Below, in pieces: positions 57,940 through 64,000 of a DNA stretch of 64,000 nucleotides; the stretch's first letter is position 1; every line of letters starts with the position of its first letter. The translations under genes were made by a program, and so were the position numbers. The notes under the pieces are model-generated. The model made no database searches. It saw only the letters and a list, made by a program, of their open reading frames with translations, and had not been told where the DNA came from. Source of the DNA: a virus; IMG/VR virus record IMGVR_UViG_3300021180_000008, positions 1 through 64,000 of that record, one strand, 5' to 3'.

Positions 57940-58440
57940 CTAATCCTCTTTCCCTATATCAATCCTGGCTGGAGGAGAGAAGACGTATAAAGAACCGACT
58001 TCAGTAAAGCCAAGATACGTTAAAAGCTTTTTCTTCTTCTCGGCGTCTACTTGATTGAAGAGGTCAAGTACGATGGGTTGTCTAACTATTATACCATATT
58101 CTTTAGCTGAGTTCAAAAGTTTTCTTGCCAGAGAAAAGGACCTAAATGCAGGTTTTATATAGAACATCAACCCATATACTATTGAATCTAAAGAATACTC
58201 AGGGACACTGTGTCTTAAAAGCAGGAAGCCATCTATCAGCTTAGGGTTAACTTTATTACGTCTGACAAAGCAAACCTCATTCAAGACAGCATTGTCAATA
58301 ACCGAACAAAGCTTTTCAAAACAAGGGGTTATGGGTATACCAGAAGTACGAATACTGTCGTAAGACATAGCGACAATCTGGGGAGCATCGTCAGGTAGGG
58401 CGGCTGTTATCTCATTCTCTTTAAGCTTTAATTTAGTCAC
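57940..58440 (-). CDS. GNAT-fold-like virion-cluster protein
   Basis: FYIKPAFRS...A.KLL..A, LGF..VG. Confidence 0.55.
   Translation of the reverse strand: MTKLKLKENEITAALPDDAPQIVAMSYDSIRTSGIPITPCFEKLCSVIDNAVLNEVCFVRRNKVNPKLIDGFLLLRHSVPEYSLDSIVYGLMFYIKPAFRSFSLARKLLNSAKEYGIIVRQPIVLDLFNQVDAEKKKKLLTYLGFTEVGSLYVFSPPARIDIGKED
58088..58116 (-). promoter_or_regulatory. Internal sigma70-like promoter TTGAAC-17-TATAAT (extended -10)
   Basis: Within the GNAT-like gene, facing the ejection genes. Confidence 0.4.
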
Positions 58441-58700
58441 TTTGGTGTTGGATATCCTTGTGCTTTCAAGTACTTATGACCGATACCCTTTAGCTTATCA
58501 TGAAGCTTCTTAATCGTATCAAGGCCTTTTTCGTAGTCACCATGTCCAGCCCCAATAATAGCTTCAACTGAGAAGACGAATTCCCCAGATTTAACAGCTA
58601 TAGGGCCCTTAGGGTTACCAGCCTGATCTGTGACTACAGCCTTCAGGTCGTCTCCGCCTTTAGCTAGTTTAGCTCCGAGTGGTTTCTTGGGTGTTGTCAT
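58437..58700 (-). CDS. Small virion-cluster protein
   Basis: GEFVFS...I...G.GD...G... Confidence 0.6.
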   Translation of the reverse strand: MTTPKKPLGAKLAKGGDDLKAVVTDQAGNPKGPIAVKSGEFVFSVEAIIGAGHGDYEKGLDTIKKLHDKLKGIGHKYLKAQGYPTPK

Positions 58701-58713
58701 GGTCTTCCTCTAT

Positions 58714-58742
58714 ATTATACAATAATTTCAATATTACGTCAA
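58714..58742 (-). promoter_or_regulatory. Sigma70-like promoter TTGACG-17-TATAAT
   Basis: Intergenic; followed by GAGGA SD. Confidence 0.7.
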
Positions 58743-58744
58743 GT

Positions 58745-59104
58745 CTAGTAGATAAATATCACATAGCTAAAGGTTCGACCAGCAGTAGCACTGTTGGTGT
58801 GATTAATCACTATAGAGCCAGCAGCCACTGTGTAGTAAAGGTTACCAGAGGCTACCTCAGCAGCAGCATTAGCTGTAGTAGGCATCATGAAAATGAGGCT
58901 ATTGGCTTTTATGAAAGTATTGGCTATAGTTGTCGAGGCTACGTTAGTGGTCAGTGTAACCGTGCCTGTTAACGTACTCTTGTTAAGCTGATTATTAAGA
59001 GAATTGAAGTTCTTCTCATTAATACGATTAACCTCATTAAAGTAGTCTCTAGTAGCCTTATCCTTTAAGCCATCTGCTTGAGGTATGCGAAGTAAAGCTG
59101 TCAT
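58745..59104 (-). CDS. Tail-associated structural protein
   Basis: Thr/Asn-rich beta protein directly after the tail stabilisation gene. Confidence 0.55.
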   Translation of the reverse strand: MTALLRIPQADGLKDKATRDYFNEVNRINEKNFNSLNNQLNKSTLTGTVTLTTNVASTTIANTFIKANSLIFMMPTTANAAAEVASGNLYYTVAAGSIVINHTNSATAGRTFSYVIFIY

Positions 59105-61074
59105 ACACGTTCTCCATCAGCTTGGTAAGCAATACGCATCTTACCTAATTCAAATGTGGCACCGTTGGTGTTGCAGCTAAACTGAACTGCCATTTGTCTA
59201 CCCCTTCCCCTAACTGATATCTTATCATTAGCATCTGAGAAGTTGAATGGACCCTTAATAGTTATATCTGCATCAGGGTGAGGATATGTCTTAAACAGCA
59301 AAGTAACCTGTACTTGTCCGCCATTAGGCAAGAGTAAGTCAGGAACAAACTTGTTTATGAACAAGACATTGTCGCCATCGTCTATATCGAAATAGGCTGT
59401 CGTAATAAAAGCATCCATAGGTTGGCCATCAGCATCTGTACCAATCTCATGCGAATATAGACGACCATTGGGGTCCATAGCGTAAGGCTTAGGGAATATG
59501 GACTTGTCTACCCAAGCGGTTCTGGGGATAGCGCCATAGTCCATAACATTCTCTAACCAGTTGTATTTAATATAGTGACCGTTTTCAATCTCTGTTGATA
59601 CCGGATAGAACCACCATACTTCATTAAACTGAGCATTCATCCCACAATAACATTTTTCTTTCTGGCTAAGATTAGCCAAGCCAGCTCCAAACTGCGAGAA
59701 TACATATTTATCCAAAGTAGTAGGTAGAACTTGAACTATACCGTTATACATGTAGAAGTTGTCTACTCCCATCCAATACACAACCCCATTCACGTCAATT
59801 ACACTGTGAGGCCCCATAATAGAGATATTAGTGGCGAGTGGGACGAATTGGAATATATCATTGAGACCGTTGTCATTACCTACGTAAATCATGGCATAGA
59901 CAGAACTATTGGTGAAGACAAGTATTTCACCTTTAGTTTGAACGGCACATACTATAAAGTCACCAGTAGGAATACGGAAACTACCGGCTTGGTTTGTCTC
60001 AGTGGGCGTCCAGTCCGTATTATCCTCAGCATCGCTCCATCTGATTAATAGAGGGTCATAAACCCCAGTATTGATATCTTGAGTACCAAATAGGACAACC
60101 TGTCTAGAGGGCTGAGCCACAAGCATAAAATTATTCTCAGTAGGGGCATTCATAATAGGTGTTAATTGAGTGGTGAATGTTTTATCAATTACCCACTCGT
60201 AAAGCTGACCACCTGAGAGTTGAGCCATGAGATCTTCACCCCAAACATCAAGTGACCATTGTCGTAGCTCAACCGTAGTGCCGCTAGGAAGTCTGGGTAC
60301 GCCCCAACCTAATCCACCTTGACCAGCTGTACCATAAGTGCTACCACCCCAACCTATATTGGACTGGTTATCCGCCAGACCATTTGGAAGCAGTAGTTGG
60401 ATCTGTATCGTTCCACCACTAGAACTTACAGTTGCAGAAGCAGCTTGTTGAGCACTAATAGTAAAATTGTTCGGGTCAATAACGGTAATAACTTGGTAGT
60501 TACCATACAGAACAATACCGCCAACAGGAATAGAATTAGCTTGATTAACGTGGATAAAGTCCCCTACTGTTCTATTATGAGAGGGGGCATTGATTTGAAC
60601 ACTAAATGAATTAATGGTCGTGGAGATTACATTTACCAAGTTTAACGTAGCTACGACTGGTGTAATATCGTAGATGGTGTTTTGATAGAGTAATTCAACT
60701 TTCTCATTAGAAGCAGAGGCTAAGTAAGCAGCTCCACTCAAATCCTGCCAGGCCTTCATAGCCCTTGTTACACCAGTGAAAGTGTTAAGATTTTGACCAA
60801 CGTTAAAACCAGATGAGAAGCCTGAAGAGAAACCACCGGTTGTAGCTCTATTAGGTACTGTGGAGAAGCCGTTACTGAAGCCGGAAGAGAAACCTCCAGT
60901 GGCGGCGTATGAGTTCTTTATGGTCTCTCTAACCCAACCACCGATCTTCTCAGCCCTTGCTGCCCTAAAGCGTATGCAGTTACCATCTACGAAACCACCT
61001 TCGGCTTCATATTTAGTAAGGTTCCCGATGATACCGGGCTTCATCACAAACGCTTTTAAGATGGCGTCAGACAT
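59101..61074 (-). CDS. Tail tubular/packaged-DNA stabilisation protein (P22 gp10/T7 gp12-like)
   Basis: RFR..RAEKIGGW, WSLDVWGEDL, IRWSD.E...W.P..TNQAG, FNEVWWFYP, RGRGRQ. Confidence 0.8.
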   Translation of the reverse strand: MSDAILKAFVMKPGIIGNLTKYEAEGGFVDGNCIRFRAARAEKIGGWVRETIKNSYAATGGFSSGFSNGFSTVPNRATTGGFSSGFSSGFNVGQNLNTFTGVTRAMKAWQDLSGAAYLASASNEKVELLYQNTIYDITPVVATLNLVNVISTTINSFSVQINAPSHNRTVGDFIHVNQANSIPVGGIVLYGNYQVITVIDPNNFTISAQQAASATVSSSGGTIQIQLLLPNGLADNQSNIGWGGSTYGTAGQGGLGWGVPRLPSGTTVELRQWSLDVWGEDLMAQLSGGQLYEWVIDKTFTTQLTPIMNAPTENNFMLVAQPSRQVVLFGTQDINTGVYDPLLIRWSDAEDNTDWTPTETNQAGSFRIPTGDFIVCAVQTKGEILVFTNSSVYAMIYVGNDNGLNDIFQFVPLATNISIMGPHSVIDVNGVVYWMGVDNFYMYNGIVQVLPTTLDKYVFSQFGAGLANLSQKEKCYCGMNAQFNEVWWFYPVSTEIENGHYIKYNWLENVMDYGAIPRTAWVDKSIFPKPYAMDPNGRLYSHEIGTDADGQPMDAFITTAYFDIDDGDNVLFINKFVPDLLLPNGGQVQVTLLFKTYPHPDADITIKGPFNFSDANDKISVRGRGRQMAVQFSCNTNGATFELGKMRIAYQADGERV

Positions 61075-61077
61075 TTA

Positions 61078-62094
61078 TTAGGTTCCTATAACAACAACAC
61101 TGACTATACCGGGGTCTAAGAAGCCAGATGGATTCCAGACTGATATGCCAAATGTATTAGTAGTTCTCGCCACACCTGAGTCTTCGCAACATGCCGAAAC
61201 AGTAGGACTGCTATTAGATGTCGCTGTCACTGCGTAGTGTGTGTCAGCAAGAGCGCTAGTCATAACAACGGTATAATGCCCAGTTGAATTTCTTGTTACA
61301 CTAGTGATATTAGAAGACCCATTTATAGTACCGTTAGAACCATTAAAGTTAACCCAAGCAGCTACGGGGTTCAATGAAGCAGGTATCTGACCAGAACCAT
61401 TCAACTGTACTAGATTGTTAGCACTAGTACCTGGATTTAGAGTTGCTGCGCCACCAAGACCAGAGATATCAGTATTGGATAGGACAACAGCTCCTGTTCT
61501 ACCTGCAACTGAAGTAACCGCACTAAGACCAGTAACACCCGAGATTGAACCGCCAGTGATATTAACGTTATTAGCATTCTGAGTACCCATCGTACCTATA
61601 CCAAGATTAGTAAGGGCCGTTGAAATACTCGTAAGATCGGATAGATTATTAGAAGCCAGTAGCGCACCAATAGGAGTAGATGTAGCCACTTCCGCAATGG
61701 TCGTCCCACTAATATAGACTACCACCTTCTGACCAGTATTCAACACTACAGTACTAGAGCCACCAATAGCCTTCATAGTTACCGTATAAGCACCGGACCA
61801 CAAACAGTCGACAATATAAATTTTCGGTACAGCAGGGACAATTAGCTGTATGTTGGCACCAAGAGTTCCTACAAGCTGAAGAACCATGTTACGCGCAGTA
61901 TCAGGAGCCCCATTCTCAGTAGTTGCGGATATATCAATATTACTAGTACCAGTTATGGTTATAGGTGCCACACCACACACACCAGCTTCAATAAGCTCGA
62001 TAACTTGATCGTTAGTAACATCACCCCACGTATTGGGATTATCTCCATCCCCTTGAAGGGTAAGCCTGAGGCTAGGTGTATATGTAGCAGTCAT
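61078..62094 (-). CDS. Tail fibre protein
   Basis: G.NPNTWG..TN, NNLSDL, VTSVAGRTGAVVL, AWVNFNG C-terminal domain. Confidence 0.7.
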   Translation of the reverse strand: MTATYTPSLRLTLQGDGDNPNTWGDVTNDQVIELIEAGVCGVAPITITGTSNIDISATTENGAPDTARNMVLQLVGTLGANIQLIVPAVPKIYIVDCLWSGAYTVTMKAIGGSSTVVLNTGQKVVVYISGTTIAEVATSTPIGALLASNNLSDLTSISTALTNLGIGTMGTQNANNVNITGGSISGVTGLSAVTSVAGRTGAVVLSNTDISGLGGAATLNPGTSANNLVQLNGSGQIPASLNPVAAWVNFNGSNGTINGSSNITSVTRNSTGHYTVVMTSALADTHYAVTATSNSSPTVSACCEDSGVARTTNTFGISVWNPSGFLDPGIVSVVVIGT

Positions 62095-62097
62095 TTA

Positions 62098-62772
62098 TTA
62101 AGCTCCACTCTTAGGTGCATTTTCAACAGTGTTAATCGGCTGATCTGGGTTATGTTGTACTTCCCCATCATCTTTACGGTTTCTAGCCATAGTAATATTC
62201 CAGCCAGTTTTTAATACGTCATAAGCTTGTTCATAGATAGGTACCTGAGACCAGGCTTTCATAAATAATGTCATTTCAACCATAGAAGCAGCAAAGAGAA
62301 TATCTGCGCATCTCGTAGTAAAGTAGTTAGTCTGGTTTGTAGTGCCTAGTCTAGTGGGCTCAGCAGTATACTTCATCCTATACTGGTAAGAAACATCAGG
62401 TATGGGGGCCAATTGAAAGTTCGTAACTGACTGGTCGGCATAGTATTTAGGTGCTGCTGTTTGTGTTGGGTCAGGCCAATAGTCATTCAGGTAGTCTTCT
62501 CTACGCTTCTTAAGAACTTGGACCTTACCATTTACGATAATGTGAAAGTAATTAGCGTACCTATACCCAGTTGGCTTAGGTAGGGTATTGATAGCGGCAG
62601 TTAAAGTCCCTGTTACCGGTATCTCCAAATCAGGTAAATCCAATTCCCTATTTAATCTCTGCTCAGCCAACGATACAGCGTATGGTATATAGGCAACAAA
62701 CTCATCGCCATTATCTTCTGCAATAGCCTGGATAGTGTTGACTAGATCAGTGTAGGATTGAATATCAGCCAT
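62098..62772 (-). CDS. Head-tail adaptor / tail tubular protein A
   Basis: Y..LV..IQ, I..AE.RL.REL, P.YY, LAP.PD..Y, L.....TNY. Confidence 0.75.
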   Translation of the reverse strand: MADIQSYTDLVNTIQAIAEDNGDEFVAYIPYAVSLAEQRLNRELDLPDLEIPVTGTLTAAINTLPKPTGYRYANYFHIIVNGKVQVLKKRREDYLNDYWPDPTQTAAPKYYADQSVTNFQLAPIPDVSYQYRMKYTAEPTRLGTTNQTNYFTTRCADILFAASMVEMTLFMKAWSQVPIYEQAYDVLKTGWNITMARNRKDDGEVQHNPDQPINTVENAPKSGA

Positions 62773-62782
62773 TGTCTAATCC

Positions 62783-63874
62783 TTATAAAACCAAAAAGAA
62801 GCTGTTTGCAGCAGCAGTTATCGGGGCCTTAAATTCCATTATCTCGTAGCCTACTGTATCCGTAATACTAGCTGAAATAGTACCCCTTTGCGCCTTTACG
62901 GTTGTGGCATTAGTCATTGTTAGAGCAGCTAATGAGTCACCAAAGTCTAAAGCCGCATTTGTGCCACACGTAAAAGCTAAGAAGTTAGGAATAGTATAAG
63001 TTTGGTTAACTGAAGTAATTGTAGCAGTGTTACTTGTCTGGGCCGAAGACATGGCGATACTGCCACGATTCATAGTGTTACAAGCCCCAGATTTAAACTC
63101 TACCACAGTAAAATAAAATGTAGTCGTTCCACTGGAAGAAGCATTTTTTGTAGCTGTAACAGTAGTTGTATTGGTTAAGGTTAACCAAGCATTGCTAGAA
63201 AATCCGCCATCTGAGTTAACTGTATCGTTGTATCCACCATAGAAGAGCATCGTGTTAGCAGTTGTAACAGCAGTTATTGTCGCAGTTAGGGAAGCCCCAG
63301 TGCCTGAACAGGTAGATTGTTGAGTGCTACTATTCAAGAAACCTGAATTGAACTCTATAACAGTAAATCCGACAACAACGGTTCCTTCATTTCTACCTAT
63401 AGTAGCCGTTACAGTAGTGGCGTTTGTCAACTGTACATTTGCATTATCATCAGCAAAGTTATCACCTGCACCTGCTACCCAAGCTGTAATAAACCCATTA
63501 TAGATAACTGCCGCGTTAGTAGTCGTAACAGATGAGATCGTAGCTGTGTTAGATGTGCCACTAGCAATACTAATAGTACCAGTCTGCATACTCTTAATAG
63601 CGCCAGCAGTCCAAGTGACTACCGTAGCGTAGACAGTCGTAGCATTGGAGGCATCAGCAGTGTTTCTAGTGGCAGTAACAGTAGTCGCATTGGTTAGAGC
63701 TACACGTACAAAGTTAGTGTTAGCTGTATTAGTGTTGACTGGGTAGGTATTTCCATTAAAGAAGATACAGGATAAAGAGGTATTAACAGACGTAATAGAG
63801 GCGGTGCCGCTAGTAGCATTAGCAGCAATAGTAATTGTTACCTGTTGTACGTTGGTTACAGGACCGCCAGCCAT
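62783..63874 (-). CDS. Thr-rich repetitive virion structural protein
   Basis: Four repeats containing TA.ITSV and LTNATTVTA. Confidence 0.6.
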   Translation of the reverse strand: MAGGPVTNVQQVTITIAANATSGTASITSVNTSLSCIFFNGNTYPVNTNTANTNFVRVALTNATTVTATRNTADASNATTVYATVVTWTAGAIKSMQTGTISIASGTSNTATISSVTTTNAAVIYNGFITAWVAGAGDNFADDNANVQLTNATTVTATIGRNEGTVVVGFTVIEFNSGFLNSSTQQSTCSGTGASLTATITAVTTANTMLFYGGYNDTVNSDGGFSSNAWLTLTNTTTVTATKNASSSGTTTFYFTVVEFKSGACNTMNRGSIAMSSAQTSNTATITSVNQTYTIPNFLAFTCGTNAALDFGDSLAALTMTNATTVKAQRGTISASITDTVGYEIMEFKAPITAAANSFFLVL

Positions 63875-63878
63875 TTAC

Positions 63879-64000
63879 TTAACCTCCAGTTGTAGGCGTA
63901 GGTGTTGGAGCAGGGGGATCAATTAGAACTAGGTTAGTAGTGTCTACCATCTTACCAATAGTCTCAGTCCATTCAGGAAGAGTTAATTGGTTGGGGTGAT
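63879..64000 (-). CDS. Partial CDS (3' end) of an upstream structural gene
   Basis: Open frame from the window edge to TAA at 63879 (...DPPAPTPTPTTGG). Confidence 0.45.
   Translation of the reverse strand, partial: HPNQLTLPEWTETIGKMVDTTNLVLIDPPAPTPTPTTGG

Overview
Most of the genome of a lytic dsDNA podovirus-type phage, probably infecting a Gram-negative host (it has a spanin-like pair), in circularly permuted form. The minus strand carries the virion and packaging genes: scaffold, GroES, portal, TerL and TerS at 1-6.6 kb, and adaptor, tail, ejection proteins and a 2021-aa lytic-transglycosylase protein at 48.7-64 kb. The major capsid gene lies outside the window. The plus strand (7.4-48.7 kb) carries early genes, a NARP1-like NAD+ reconstitution pair, two amidoligases plus a class II glutamine amidotransferase, a T7-like primase-helicase and PolA, nucleases, several phosphoesterases and a lysis cassette. 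No phage RNA polymerase, integrase, tRNA or CRISPR array was seen, and sigma70-type promoters are scattered throughout. The most striking feature is non-coding: a 635-nt, multi-branched, ORF-free element (22681-23315) closed by a perfect 24-bp inverted repeat, lying between the two amidoligase genes and apparently splitting the ribosome-binding site of the second. The phage also has a clear type II hammerhead ribozyme, several other stem-closed RNA candidates (one with a tRNA T-loop), a dispersed covarying GNA-triloop motif, a strand-biased TACTATCAT motif and a nucleotidyltransferase ending in a capsid-like peptide. All family assignments and folds were made by eye; no searches were run.
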